Position numbers and translations under genes: made by a program. From Guillardia theta CCMP2712 (Eukaryota; Protista; Cryptophyta): DNA of 64,000 bases. The stretch is taken from contig NW_005434602.1 in the NCBI RefSeq assembly GCF_000315625.1, positions 119,848-183,847 on the forward strand. The letters run 5' to 3'. The stretch's first letter is position 1. Every line of letters starts with the position of its first letter. Below, in pieces: positions 24,165 to 37,851 of the stretch. The notes below the pieces were generated by a model. The model saw only the letters and a list, made by a program, of their open reading frames with translations. It was not told the origin of the DNA and did no database searches.

Positions 24165-27100
24165 GAAGCGATATTTCTTCTAGGCAAATCTTCTACACTT
24201 CAAACTTTTCAACAAGAAAAAAATCTTGATATCGAAAGAGCCCTCCAGAGCTATACTGCGTTGCAGCGCACAAAGAATTTGATTACACTCCAGTAATAGG
24301 TAGTTCCGCCTGAAATCATGTCAGTTGCAGATATCATTGATATCTATGGTTCAGTAAGCTAAATGAGAACTTGCATTTGCAATACATGAGAACCAAATAA
24401 CCCTTGGCTGGCAAATGCTGCTAAAACACCAACGAGATTCGAATGAATAGCACCAGAAATCACACAATGCTATAGTAAATCTCATGAAAACATTGTAATC
24501 AACATAGGTGCATCAGACTATCACAAAGGCGGATCCATCACAAGTCCATCACAATGAATGGAGACAGAATTTTTCATTCCAACTGAGAAGGAAAAGAAGT
24601 AACTAAACGAACAAGTAAGTGACCCAGCTTTCTTCAATCTCAGTTGGACAGCAAATCTTAGTTTCTACCGTCAAGACAGGATTGACAGAAATATAATTCG
24701 AAATAAACTAGAAAAAAACATAACACGGATGATACAATGTGAACAGTTTGATCATAATGAGTCTTGTTCAGCGCTATAAGAAACTTGTACTGACATGCCT
24801 ACGTACCGTACAGCCTATACGTACGCGTACAATCCCAAGGGTGAGAGTGCAAGATCATCACAACAAAGAAAGTGAAGTGATTCATCTCAGTAGTTACCCA
24901 GAGCAAACTTAACACCCGTCTGTTTATCCCGCGACAGCCTCCACACATGTCCCTACGACACTTCCCCAAACCCGACCATCTGCCGGTCTTAACACCAACA
25001 CCGGGGGCATCTCAATCACCTCCATCCCTCAACACAGGGCTCCATCTGACACGAATCCATGTCTTCTAGCCTACCAATGGAAGATACACATCTCCTGCTC
25101 AACTTCGAGCTCATAGCGCCTTGTTCTTCCTGACAACTTGCTCGTGTATGCATTCTTCGCTCCGCTTCTTCTAAAAAAACCGCCAATCCGGCTATACCCT
25201 TATAGTCAACTTTCATATCTTATAGTCAATTTACCTGATGCACGTATTTTCCGAAAGGGTGGAACTGACCAGCCATTTGACAGCAAATTTGTGAAATTAT
25301 ATCTCTAATATTCGATAATTCAGAGAATTTTGACAAGATTTGAAATATGGTGGTGAAGATTGGGCAAATCATATTGGTTGGGGGTGGGGTTCCCCCGTTA
25401 AGTCTCGAAGTCCGCTTGTTTGTAGTCAAGAAAGGGACCCCTACCCCCTAAAGAACCCGGCCACCATTCCAATTGTGATTGGCTAGAATTTATTGTTTAA
25501 TTTCTCAAAATAAGCGCCAACTTCAAAGTTTGCCCTAGCCCCTGCCCCTTCATATCAAGTCTTCCCGGTAAAGGGAGCAAATGCGCAGTTTTTGAGTTAT
25601 TTTCAAACAAAAATTGAACCTTTGAAGGAGGGATCCAAGCACTGGCTTGAGAGCAGTGATGTACCCCTTCATATCATATCAACTTATTCATAAAACACTG
25701 CACCTATGATCCCAATTCAAAGAAGATTCAATATTTATTCCAGTTTGGAGGACCACAGGGAAATTAGCAAAGGGGTTTTGAAAGATAACGCAGTCGCGGC
25801 CCCCTCAAACGAAAATTGACAGAAAAGCTTGCTCTGAGGGGGGCTCAATGTATATCGTGGTGGGAGCTTGGACTATTATTAAAACTTTGTACTGTTCATG
25901 ATACTTACTGTTACATTTTTATATTTATGGTACCACAGGTCCCCATAAACTACCAAAGTTGTAAAGGACTTTTTGTACTGGAGTTCAACAACAAGGGTAT
26001 AGAAAACTTTAGCTGTCAAAGAATCTTGTACTAATGGGGGGCGGCTGGTACCAACCTCTCAAAGGCACCTAAACTTCCTAAGGGGGTAGGGTACACAGGA
26101 TAAGGTAAAACGCGGTGGGCAGGGGAAAGATGTAGGTAAAAGGGGGTAAGGTAGTGAAGAGGAACATGGAATTAGGGGGTACTTGAGGGGACCAGTACGG
26201 GTGTTTTTGACGACAGAAATGTGAGTTCTTTGGATAAGGGGGTGGGTGAGTGCAAGCAGGGGCAAGGTCAAAGTAGGGGAGTATAGGCTACGAAGGGGGT
26301 GGGTGGGCACTGGAAGTCGATGACCTGAAGGGTGGTACGAAGAGTACCCTACCTACTCAGGATGAATATGAATGGGGAACCCAGGAGAAACAAATGTAGA
26401 CCGGTTACTATATCAGTCTTTTTATGGGTCCTGAGACGTTAAAAGGTACCCAACCCCCCGATCTTCTGCTGACCTGATTACCCTTACCCCACCTTACGGT
26501 TTGCACCCCCACCTAGGAGTAAGGACCTCTTCAAAGGAAAGGGGCGTTGGGAGTCCGTCTGGTTCATTTCAAAAATGAAGTCCAAATAAATTAATTTTAT
26601 TTCAAATGTAGGTGGATATGTTGAAAAGAAACAAGATGACGTGGACTTGAGGATCAAAAAGGATTTAGATTTAGTTCATATATAAATTAAAAACTCAAGA
26701 AATATGAATAGTACCCCCTGGAGACCAGCCATCTCAGAATATTTATCACCGGTGTCATGGTATTACACATTGTTTTTAAAAATAGGTACAATTGAGGCTA
26801 TTTACTACAAGGAGATTGGTGCCAAGATCCATTGGAGGCCACTTCCAGTAACTCTTAGTGGGGGCCATACAGTACCAATCAGGAGATGTATAATCCAAAA
26901 TACTCTTTTTGAATTGCGAAGGCATTTTACGGCTCTCCTGGTGGTATAAAGCACAGCTGACTGCCAGTCACGGTGCCATATATAATTTTTACTCATCTGA
27001 TTAGGGACCGCTCAGTCAGCAAGGGCCGAGCCACCTCCGGGCCGGGACCGGGGTTCGGACAGCGGGCCCCGGTCCGGAGATCGGGTGAGACTGAGAATTG

Positions 27101-27368
27101 AGTTTCACTGAACCTGATTGGAACTCGAGTCGCAGATACAAGCATCATCGATGCAGCAACTAGGAGGAGGGAGAAGGGAGGAAGGGGGATGGGGGGGAGG
27201 GAGGAAGGGCAGGGGAGGAAGGGAGAGATGGTGGAAAAAGGGAAGCGGGAAAGACACAGTGACAAGAGTGATTGAGAAGTTTCTATCGAAGGGAGAGCTG
27301 GATACAAAGTGGTCGTGCCAAACTTTTTGCACGTTTGGGTTTTTGTGGTCTGATCTTCATCGGTGCAG

Positions 27369-28227
27369 ATCAGACCAGGAGCCTTCAACATACCAGGACG
27401 ATCGTTCGTTGCCTGCTCGCTCTTATCCCCCTGTTGGTAAGTTCAGCAGAAGGATCGCTGGAAGCGCTTGTCAAGGACAGGCCTCGACTGGACTCGCAAG
27501 CAGGAGCAAGAGCTTGCATCTCGTTAGAGAGTCGCGCGTTGGAGGCTGTTTCTTGTGTCGGACTGAGGATACGAGGTGGAGGACGAGAGGAGATGTCTGA
27601 AGCAGAGCCGGGAAAAGTGAGGAGGAAGATGGCGGTGGGCGAGGGCAGGAGCATGATGCACTGGTTGAATCTGCGGCCAAACGTGAAGAGGCTGAGGAGA
27701 GTTACGATGTCGGAGGTGGTCGTGTGGTGTAGAGTGTTGAGGCAGTGAAAGAGAGCACAGGTGAAGAAACACAACACGAGGGAGGATTGCTGGAGTGTGT
27801 ACAGGTAGCAGGCATCGAGACCTTGTTGCTGTATGAACAGCTGTTTGTGATCTTGTAGGGGAAAAGTGTACGACATGACACCTTTCTTCGAATATCATCC
27901 GGGGGGGCCCAAGTATATCCTGATGGCAGCTGGGAAGTAAGGAAGATGCGATGTTGCAGCCTGTGTTTGGGGGGGGGGGGCTGATAGTTGGTGATATCAG
28001 GGACGGGACGAAGCTCTTCGACAAGTATCACAAGTGAGGTCGAGGCATGCTCCGGGCCATCGGGTGACGTTGGATGGGCCAGGTGGGTCAACATCGACTT
28101 CATCATGGAAAAATGCTTCGTGGGGATACTCGTCAACGAAGGTGTAGAGGGGACCTCTCTCTTGCCCGTTGTCCCTGCTGACAACTTCTCAGATGGCTCT
28201 GTTCCTGCTCCTGGAGAAGTAGGATAG
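27369..28227 (+). CDS. Cytochrome b5 heme-binding domain protein (CYB5R4 N-terminal/RLF-like) with a presequence; start unresolved
   Basis: KVRRKMAVGEGRSMMHW, VTMSEV|KKHNTREDCW, GKVYDMTPFFEYHPGGPKYILMAAGK|DGTKLFDKYH|WVNIDFIMEKCFVG. The HPGG heme motif is present. Confidence 0.85.
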
Positions 28228-28545
28228 GTCGGCACGCTCGTGAGGTGTTTCTGACCTCGAGCAGGAGAGCGAGTCGATCGAGGAGGAGGAGAGCGAGCAA
28301 ACTCAAGATGAGGGAGGTGATGTCAACTGCTCCCTCCTAGTCTCCTGCTCCTGGTTGTTGGCTCACGGACTTCAGCAGGAGGTACAGGGAACCCGACGAG
28401 CTTGGAAGACATGGACTGACAGAGGACGCGTGATTAGTGTGTGTGATACGACAGGAAATTGACTCAAAGAAAGCTCTCCCGATGAAAATTCTTTTTGTAC
28501 AACAGTTTACACCACCAAACAGCTCTTCATCTACATATTCACACC

Positions 28546-31170
28546 TCACGCCATTGGGATCGCAGACTTGGGACGGACAGCAACTGCGCTGTAAGGTCGC
28601 TCGACGCGGAGGAAAGCGTTTGCCTTCCCTCCTTTCTTCTTCCCTCCGGCTGCGAAAACCTTGGCCTCCTGCTTCTCCTGGAAAGACCATGCTTACCAGC
28701 AGCCAGACAAGTATAGAGAGCGAGAGAGAGGAGCAGGAGCAGAAGGGGCTTACCTTCATCATGTTCGCCTCATCATCCTCAACCCAGGCCCCTGCTGACA
28801 GTCCTCGGTTTTGTCTCGATCTCCTGTTCTTCTTCACCTGCCCGATGGCTACACCAGCATCGTGCTCCTCCAACGCGTGCGAAGAAGCCATCGAATGAGC
28901 GTAGGAGGAGGGTGCAGCCTCCGACCGAGCTTCTCCTCCCTCCTCCAGCTCTCCGTCCTCCTCCTGAGCGTGCGGGAGTGGACCAAGTGCGACGTCCTGC
29001 TGGCCAGGGGGCGTGTGGCAGAACCTCAATCTGCCGTCCACGTAGTCCTGACAGAGAGACGCGTCAGAGCAAGCTCTTGCCCCTCCTCGCTCCCATCTCC
29101 ACTTCCTTAGAGCCTCCCCATCATCCTTCCCTCCCTTCCTCCTTCCCTTCTCCTCTCTCTCTGCTCCTTCTCACCCTCAAGATCTTGCGAGCAGCAGTAT
29201 GCGTGTCAGGCACTCCTCCTCCACATCCCGTGATCAGTCCTCGTGCCACCGCATATCCTTGACAAACTTCCTGCAGCAACACGTTAGGAGGAGGAGGATG
29301 AGGAGGAGCAGGAAGAGGATCTATGCTAAATGTCTGTCAGACCAACCCGCCAGGGAAGGCAACTGTTGTTATCCTCAACTAGATTCAGAGCCCTTTGTAC
29401 AACAGAACAGATGGAAACTTCATCCAGACTGGCAGCGATCAATCCTTTCGCTCGCTCGCGCACTCACCGTCCATGTGATGTACTGGCGTTCTGCTCCCGT
29501 CGCCGTCTTGGAGGGGAGGACGATGTTGTAGCACTGCAGAAGCATCAGCACGGACCTTGTCTCCTCCTCGTCGTCCTCCTCTCTCACCTCCTCAAAGACG
29601 ATTCGTGGGATTCTCCTGCTCACGAGCTCCATGGGTGAGATATGATCCTTGAGCGAGTTGAGAGGGAGGATTCCTCCGCAAACCTGCAGCCTAGGTCACT
29701 GCGCTGGAAGCCGAGCCCTCTTCCCTTTCTGCTCCTTCCTCTCCCATATCCCAAGTCTCATCGTGCGCCCTCAACTGTCCTCCTCCCCCTCTGCTCACCA
29801 TCTCTGCGCGGGACGAGACGACGGAAGGGAAGACTAGGCCGGGGCAGTCGCACAGCATGAGGGAGTCTGAGACGATGAGGGTCTGAAAGTGTTTCGTCTT
29901 TCCGGGGGTAGAAGTCACTCCGACTCGCTTCTGCCCCAGCAGCGCGTTGATAGTCGAGCTCTTGCCGACGTTGGGGTAGCCCACGAATCCAATCATGATG
30001 TAGTCCAGCTGGCTGCGAGAGCCGGTCGACATCCCCGACATCCCCGACATCCCCGACAGCTGAGACATCCTCTCGTCGTCACGCACGTCCTGGCAGACTT
30101 GCCTTCCTCCCTTCTCCACACTCTCCCTTCCCAGAAACTCAAGAGCATCCAGCAGCTCCTCCGCGTTCATCACCCTCGTCTTGTGGTCCGAGTTGATGTC
30201 CGCTTCCACCTCCTCTCCCAGCATGCAGTCTTGCTCAAAGTCTTCCTTGTACTCCACCTCCTCCTCAGCAGACTCCTCCTCGTACTCACCGTCCTCCGGG
30301 ATCGAGCTCTGCTTCTGCTCTTTCAACCTTGCCTCGATCTGCGTCTTTGCGGCGAAGAAGAAGTACTTGACGTCCATCTTGTCAAAATACTGCCCCCATG
30401 CCACTCGAACACGGTGAGGAAGGAGGTCGGCCTTGTTGAAGAGGATGACGTTGGTCTTCCACTCTCCCACGCTCTTCACGTAGCCTTCAAGACTGGGGCT
30501 GCGATACAGGAGAGGGTTTCTGGCGTCTACCACCTGTACAACCACGTCGCTCTTCTCAACGACTCTCCACAGCTGCCTCCAGAACTCCAGGTTCTTCTCG
30601 AACGGTGTCAGAATCACGTCGAAGTTCTCCTCGATGCGCGCCAGCTCTCTCCTCCACTCCAGGAACGCCTCCTTCTCGTTCGCCTCCACCTGCTCCTTCC
30701 GCATCTTCTTGTTCCATGATGGCCGCATCGGGATCGGCAGCTGCCGGAGGTCCTCTGGCAGCTGCTCCTTGCTGTCTTGTGTGATGCACGTGGGACCAGA
30801 CATGACGACCCTTGCATTCTGCCGCTCAGCTGTAAAGTCTCGATCCGACAACTCGGCCAGGCGGAGCAGGGCCGTTAGGTCGTTCTCGTCGACCACGGAG
30901 GTCTGGAGCTCCCGTTGGCGCTCCACAGCCTCCTCCGTGAGTTTCTCCCATTCAGGGACAAGATGAGCGTTCTTGGGGATGTCAGTCTCAAGGATCTCTC
31001 TGTTGCAAAAGCCATCAGGCGCCATATCAGCAACTCTCTTCCTCCTTCACTCACTTTGTGTGCGTCTTTGCAAACCGCTCGAACCTCTCGTTCCGGATCG
31101 ACGCACCGAGAGATCCTCCAAGTCCTCCAAGCTTTGCTCTCCTCCCCGTCGAGCGACCTCCAGACGGCAT
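28546..31170 (-). CDS. LSG1: Large subunit GTPase 1 (circularly permuted GTPase, 60S export)
   Basis: PIPMRPSW, TPFEKNLEFWRQLWRVVEKSDVVVQVVDARNP, NKADL (G4), GFVGYPNVGKSSTIN (G1), TPGKTKHFQT, LCDCPGLVFP and the downstream AARKILR|DYVDGRLRFCHTPPG. ATG at 31170 and intron about 31054-31001. Confidence 0.93.
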
Positions 31171-31439
31171 TATACCTGAGCAACTTGTCACAAACAACTC
31201 CAAATCGAACAAGTCTGTGTTTGTTTCTCTTCCGCTCCCCCCCCTCACCACTCCCTTGCGGACTCTCTCCATGCTCTTCCTCAGACCTCTTCCTCTTCTT
31301 TTCTCTTCCTCCCTCTCCTCCTCTCCTCCTCCCCCTTCGCTCCTTCGCCTCGTCGTCTCTCCTTTCCTCCCTCCCTCCTCAGCGCTGCATTCATGCCCTA
31401 CCGCACGTGCTGGTAATTGGTCCACATCCCCGCGTAGTC

Positions 31440-33603
31440 ATGTCAATGGTCAGTGAGGGGACGAGCCCCACCAACATGCGGCCAGTCGCAGGTGCACTAG
31501 CGTTACTCTGCTTCCTGGTCCCTCCCTCCTCTCCCCTTCCCTCCCTCCCTCCCTCCTCTCCCCTTCCCTCCCTCCCTCCCTCCTCTCCCCTTCCCTCCCT
31601 CCCTCCTCTCTCTCCCTCTCTTCCTTCCTTCATTCCCCTCCCCTCTTTCCTCCCTGTGCCTTTGCGTCATTCTCGCCTCTGCCCCACACAGCGGACTCGC
31701 TCTTCCCGCTCTGTTTCCTTGCTGGCTACAGGGATTGCAGGCTTGCCTCCCAGTGGTCGACGATGTCATGCTGCTCTGTCTCCTCACTTTGGGCTGGATG
31801 GCGTGTACGGCAAGAGAAGAGATGGCATGGTGAGGACTTTTGCTGCCAAGGATGCTAGCGTGAGTGAGGGTCAGGATCGGCAGAGTGTGAGTCTACAGAG
31901 ATGGGCGGAGGAGCAGGGCTGCTACATCAGCGAAAAGTTGAGCTGGGAACGAGGGGTGCCGCTGAACAAGGGGATGCGATACGAGGAATCTGGGCATTGG
32001 AGCAAGTGGAGGAGGGAGAGGTGGTGATGAGACTAGCGAATTCCGCTTCATTTCGGATCTCAGGCGACTTTATACGACAGTCCTCGAGCTTAGCCGAGGG
32101 GGTTCAGGCGCTGGAAGCAAGCGAGGGAAGGCTTGCTGACGACCTGCTCCTGACCCTCTACCTCGCTAGCTCGAGAAAGAAAGAGGGTTCGTTCCCTTTC
32201 TCGGAATACGTTCGCTCGCTGCCCCTTGAGAAGCCGGACCTTCCCATCTTCTGGGACTCAGCAGAGCTGCAGACGCTGCCGAGGATGACGATGACGCTGG
32301 TGGAGGCGATGAGAGAGGAGTACGAGGACTACTCGAGCAAGATCCGCAAGGTAACGGAAGCCCTCCAGGTGCAGGTGGACGATGAGGACGTCAAGTGGGG
32401 GTACGCGATGGTGAAATCCCGAGCGCTGAGGGAGAAGGTGGTGAAAGGAAGCTCAGGGCAGGATGTGCCTGAGACGTTGGAGCGATACTGCTTCCCGCTC
32501 GCCGACATGTTCAATCATGAGCCTTCGGCTGTGCCTCCCCCAGCAAGCGACCTGCTGCGGCAGGCGGACGTACACAGGGGCCCTTCAGTTCGCGGCTCGG
32601 TGGTGGGCGATCACTTTGAGTTCACAGCCACTCGAGCCATCCCAGCTGGCAGTGAAGTCAGCTGGACTTATGGCCAACTGACGAATGAGGAGCTCCTCTT
32701 GCGCTACGGCTTCGTCCCCTCTCCTCCGTTGCACGGAGACTCGAGGATCGGGTTCTCCCTCCCCTCGTCGATCTTCGAGACCTCTCTACAGTCGCTCAGC
32801 AAGGACCGAGCTGGGGTGACGAAGGAGTTGATGGAGAGGAAGCGATCACTGCTTCAACAGCTGGAGGTCATCGAGACTGGTTCCTCCCCTTCCACTAGCA
32901 GCAGATGCTGACCGGTCAGCAGCAGGCGATCTCAAGTTCGATATCAACCTCGGGGCTGAGCCGATGCTTATCCGCAAGGAAGGCCTGCCGGTTCCGATGA
33001 TGCTGGTATCAAAGATCATGTGCTTGTGCTCTGGCGAGGAGCTCGCAACAGTCTGCCTGTCGACATCCGACGAGGCATGTGGGAGAATAGGTCAACCGCG
33101 GTCTACCTATGGCCCGCATGCTGACTTGCTGCTAGACATTGACAATGAGATAAGAGCGGTGAGGTGGACAAGCTGGTTGCTATCTCAGGTGCTGAACGCG
33201 ATCGTATCCTCCTGCCGCTCCTGACCTTGAGGTAGGTGTACGAGCAGATGTTTGGAGGAGACGCCGGCAAGCAGACTCCTCCACCTGACTTGTCTAGGCG
33301 TGCGCGGATGGCTGAAGAAGTGCAACGAGGTAAGCAGGGTCTGTGCTGATGATGAATGAGTTGATGGCTCGAGTGGCAGAGGAGAGGCGGGTGCTGGCAA
33401 CTGCGGTCAAGCTGATGGAGATCAAGTCGCAAGAGCTTGAGCAAGAGCTGGGGTCGAGCAAGGCAAGCTCGGCTGGCGCTGGCCCGAAGAGAGGGTTCGG
33501 GCAAGGGCAGCAGGCGAGCAAGAAGATCAAGGTGAGTGGAGGAGCTGCAACATGTTCAAGATTGATGTCTGAGAGGAACTTGTAGAAGAAGAACCGGCAG
33601 TGA
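31440..33603 (+). CDS. SET-domain protein, Rubisco LSMT/SETD3-like, with an N-terminal extension
   Basis: LQRWAEEQG..RGIWALEQVEEGEVV, FSEYVRSLP..LPIFW, WGYAMVKSRA, PLADMFNH and TYGQLTNEELLLRYGF. Apparent 1-nt frameshift near 31945. Confidence 0.82.
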
Positions 33604-34198
33604 GGAGAAATGCGATCTCTTTGGTTACTGCATTGCCCTGCCGTAGACACGCTGAACGTAGGACGAGAGAGAAGCTACAACACGGCAGATCAAAGGTGTT
33701 CGTCCGTCAAGGTCCTCCTACCACAGCAGGCGGATTGCTTCTGCCCTCGGATCTCTCGGCCGGGGTCTCGTCTGCTCTGCTAGCTAGTAAACAATTTGCT
33801 TTATTGACTGAAAAAGAAAGGCAAACCGGAGCAAACAAAGGAGGACGAGGATAATGCCTACAAACCCGCCTCAATAAAATACTAGGAGACGAAGGAGGCA
33901 GCGAAAACCGCTAGTAGTTGTTGTTCCTCTCCTCTCTTGACTGGGCTTTAAAAAAAAATCAACTCGGAATGATGCGGGGTTGAGGTCGGCGGGGAGGGAG
34001 AAGGGAGCAGGAGATCATAGAAAAGACGTCTTGAGATTGGTACCTGGAAAGGAGGAAGGAGGAGAGGAGGAGAAGGTGGGGAGGAGGAGGAGAGGAGGAG
34101 GAGGAGAGGAGGAGGAGAGGGAGAGAGAAGAAGAGGAGGAGGAGCAAGCAGAAGCGACTGGAAGCGAGGTAGGGTGGAAGGCCCCGCGAGCAAACGGC

Positions 34199-37100
34199 AT
34201 GAGCGACGGCAGAGAAGAAATGAGGGATGAGAACCCAAGACTGACGATCCCAAAGCTCAACATGCGACCGAAAGTAAACCACCATCATGGTGAGAGGAGG
34301 AGGAGGAGGAGGAGGAGGAGAGAAAACGGGGAGGACGAGGAGGGGTAGAGGAAATCTCGAAGTATCCTAGTTGACAAGAGGGCAGGGGATGCTGGTCTAG
34401 GCTCGCCACAGGAGGTGGAAGAGCTTCTGCTCAGCGCTCGGGTGCACAGATGGCTGATGACCTTGGGCTTAGAAGAGTGCATGACATCGTTTGCTCAGAA
34501 AGGTGAGAAGCTCGTGTGCCATGGTGGGTGAACGTGCGATGTAGGGATCAGAAGTGAAGATCTAGTTGAGTTCTCTCAAGAGACTGAAGAGATGCTGCAG
34601 AGTATGGGCGTGCGAAGGTGAGAATCATATGGGGGGGCAACGATGGTGCCTCTCTTCCATGACGGTCGTTGTGCAGGATGGGGGATCGAGCCAAGTTGAG
34701 GTTGTGGGCCAGTCAAGCTCACGATGCGTATCAGCAAGATCTCAGGTGTATCATGAGAGGAGACGAGACGAGACGGGACGAGACGAGACGAGACGAGACG
34801 ACATCTGAAATGACGTGTTGTGTTGTGTGTGTGTTGTGTTGTGTTGTGCTGTGCTGTGTTGCGTTGTTATGGGATGTGTACATTCTTCTCTGAAATGTGG
34901 GGATGGCAGGCAACACATCAAGTACTTGTTTCCAAGGGTTCCCACTGGCATTGAGCCCGAGATACAATACAGCCGGAGGAAGAGTGAGGTCGCGTCTGAT
35001 CCGCATAGCGAAACTTCATCGGGCGAGGACGACCTCGATGCCAACAGGCTGTTCTGCTGGGCTCTAGTTGAGCAGGTACCCCCTGCCCATGGGGAATGCC
35101 GTCGTCTCACCCTTGGGTGGTCCAGGGGATCACTGACTATCATCGCAAGAGCGCTCCTGTCGCGCAGCCGAGGAGGAGTCCAGCTGAGCGAGTAGGCAGC
35201 CACGATTTTCCCTCCCTCCCTCCCTCACTCACTCACTCACTCACTCACTCACTCACTCACTCACTCACTCACTCACTCACTCACTCACTCACTCACTCAC
35301 TCACTCACTCACTCACTCACTCACTCACTCACTCACTAGGAAGTCTCGATGTCTGGAAGGAGAGGGCAAGAGGATGAAGGAGACCCGAAGAGGCTGAGCA
35401 ATGACAGCCCGGCCTCGCCACATGCGGAATCTTCGTCTATGAATCAGCAGATATCTCCATCCGCAACACAAGACCTAGAATTGCTACCAGCTGGTGGACC
35501 AGGACAAGTTTGGACGGGCGTTTGGCTATGGGAGAACACTGTCAAGTCTCGAGGGAGCAGGAGGGAGGGAGGAGAGATCGATCTCCTGCTGCTGGGAAGG
35601 ATGGAGAGTCCGGCAAGAGTGTGCGTGAGAAGATCGGGGAGCTGCTGAGACAACTTGAAGCTCAGGTTTCACTCCTAGCTCCTCCTCCACAACCACTACC
35701 ACCTTCTCCTTCTCCTCCTTCACCACCACCACCTCCTTCACTTCCTCCTCCTTCACCACCACCTCCTCCTTCTCTTCCTCCTCCTTCTCTCTAACCTCCT
35801 CCTCCTTCACCTCTCCCTGCATTTCTTCCTTTCCTTTCATCAATCTCCATATTCTCATGTGTTCTTCTCCTCCCTGCTTCTCTTCCATCATCTGTGGACT
35901 TGGCTGTTCTCATCTCGTCTCCTCTCACTCCCTCGACTTATCGCACGCTGCAGTATCAGAGGGAACAACAGTTCAAACTTCATCTCAAACAGTCAGCGAC
36001 AGTCAGGTAAAATCCCTCCTCCTCTTCTTCCACCACCACCACCTCCTCCTCATCCTCCTCCTCCTCCTCTTCCACCACCACCACCACCTCCCTCCTCCTA
36101 ATCCACTACCACCACCTCCTCCTCCTCTGCCGCCGCCGCCGCCGCCGCCGCCTTTCTCCTTCTCCTCCTTCTCTTCCTCTTGTTGTTCTTCCCGTTTCTC
36201 TCAGCTGACCGATGGCAGCGTTGGCAGCCTGACGCTGGTCGAGGAGTCGCCGTGCGACATCAGCGGTAGCTCATCGAGGTAGTAGCAGGGAAGACGGTAG
36301 TCACTGACTCACCTTGTGCAGGAGCCACAGGTCATCGAAGTGGAGCAGGTGGACCCTGAGCGGAGCAGAGCTGACGACCATGAGAGAGAGGTCGTGAGGA
36401 GGAGGCTGAGCTGCTCTCCTGATGGCTCACGCAGGAGGACGCTGAAGAGGATGCTCCACGAGTGGGGGGTGAGAGTGACGTTGGAGGGTTTGCGAGCATG
36501 TTAGTGAGCATGTCTGCTTGCTACAGGAGGTTGTGTACCGCGTGAAGAGAGCAAGGTTCGTTGGGTTCTGCATGATGGCGAAGAGGAACAAAGTAAGATC
36601 TGCTACTCGAGTCTCTCGGTCGCCGTGACTTCCTCCCCTCTCTTGCAGAGCACAAAGAGAAAGATTTTCCGGCGGCTCAAGAAGTTGAGGGGCAAGAGGA
36701 AAGAGGGCGAGAGCTGCCTGCTTCGAGCAGACCATTCCTCCTCCTCTCAGCTCCACAAAGCATCTTCTACGATGTTTGGGATGGGCCAGAAAGCAGCAGG
36801 CAAAGAAACGTCATCTTCGTCCTTCTTCCCTGGATGGTAAGAGAGAAACGTGACGACAAGACTGCAAGGAGCCAAGGCTGATAAGGAGGAGATGGCTGTG
36901 GTAGAGGAGGATGCGGAGGAGGAGGAGGAGGAGGAGGAGGAGGAGAGTAAACATGACATCCCCTACAGGTTTCTGATTACCGACCATTACGTTCCTTCGA
37001 CCTCCCCCAGCTCGCGTCCAGCTCACCCCCGCCTGCCATCCCCTCGAACCTCCATGGGCCTGTCAGGTGGGATCGTTCGGACCCCAGCTGGGGTTGAGCT

Positions 37101-37229
37101 GGGCGTATCAGGTGGTTACGATGCGAGGCGGGCTCGAGCGGTGTTTTTCACCTACTTCTTCCACGCGCAAGAGAATGAGAGGGCCGACGTGCGCAATGAA
37201 ACGAATGATAAGGGAGGAGGAGGAGGAAG

Positions 37230-37305
<76 letters not shown>

Positions 37306-37500
37306 AGGCCCGAGCGAGCAAAGGGAGATTATGGCCGAACATCCGCTGGTACAGGTGACGTCATCCACTCTCGAGGTGATGGTGAGCTGGGAGGTGGCTG
37401 GAGGTTGACCCAGCCGTCTTCGAGAGGTAACGACTCCCGTAACCGCTGGCCTTCCGCTGACGGCTGCACAGCGTCGATTCCCGAGTGCGCAGGTCGGGGA
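34199..37500 (+). CDS. SAM-domain-containing protein (multi-exon; 3' end uncertain)
   Basis: The spliced sequence VHRWLMTLGLEECMTSFAQK|GIRSEDLVEF..EMLQSMGVR|RMGDRAKL (34440-34720) fits the SAM consensus. Further coding-like exons run to about 37490. Confidence 0.6.
35225..35337 (+). repeat. Intronic (TCAC)n microsatellite
   Basis: Directly visible. A shorter copy lies at about 14635-14668. Confidence 0.95.
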
Positions 37501-37851
37501 GCAGGACTAAGAGGGAACTGGGCGGGAGAAGGAGTAAGACGGCTAGGGGCAGGAGCAGAGGCAGGACAAGCTACAGGAGGAGGAGGAGGAGGAGCGGGTG
37601 TAGGTGCAGCGGTAGGAGTAGGAGAAGGAGGAGGGGACGGAAGAGGAAGAAGAGGAGAGTCGTTGCCAATGCGGGAGAGCATATTGAGGACGAGAAATCT
37701 CATCACTTCTCCTCGAACGGGCTTTCGAGATTTTCTCTGCTCCACCACAGCCTGATGAAGAGCATGACCAACGATATAATACACAACACAACACTCAGTC
37801 TCCCCTGCTATCCTGCTCCTTCTCTCTCTTCCGCGCCTGCTCCACGCCATC

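Noticed and set aside
24300-26960. Long AT-richer stretch as a possible transposon or ncRNA
   Set aside because: No long ORF, terminal repeats or recognisable RNA structure was seen. It is probably 5' introns/UTR plus divergent promoter DNA.
28337-29041. Separate 234-aa minus-strand gene
   Set aside because: It contains the spliced C-terminal exons of LSG1 (DYVDGRLRFCHTPPG).
37205-37310. Gly-Ala (silk-like) or Gln-Glu coding repeat
   Set aside because: It is a (GGAGCA)n microsatellite whose coding frame and exonic status cannot be established.
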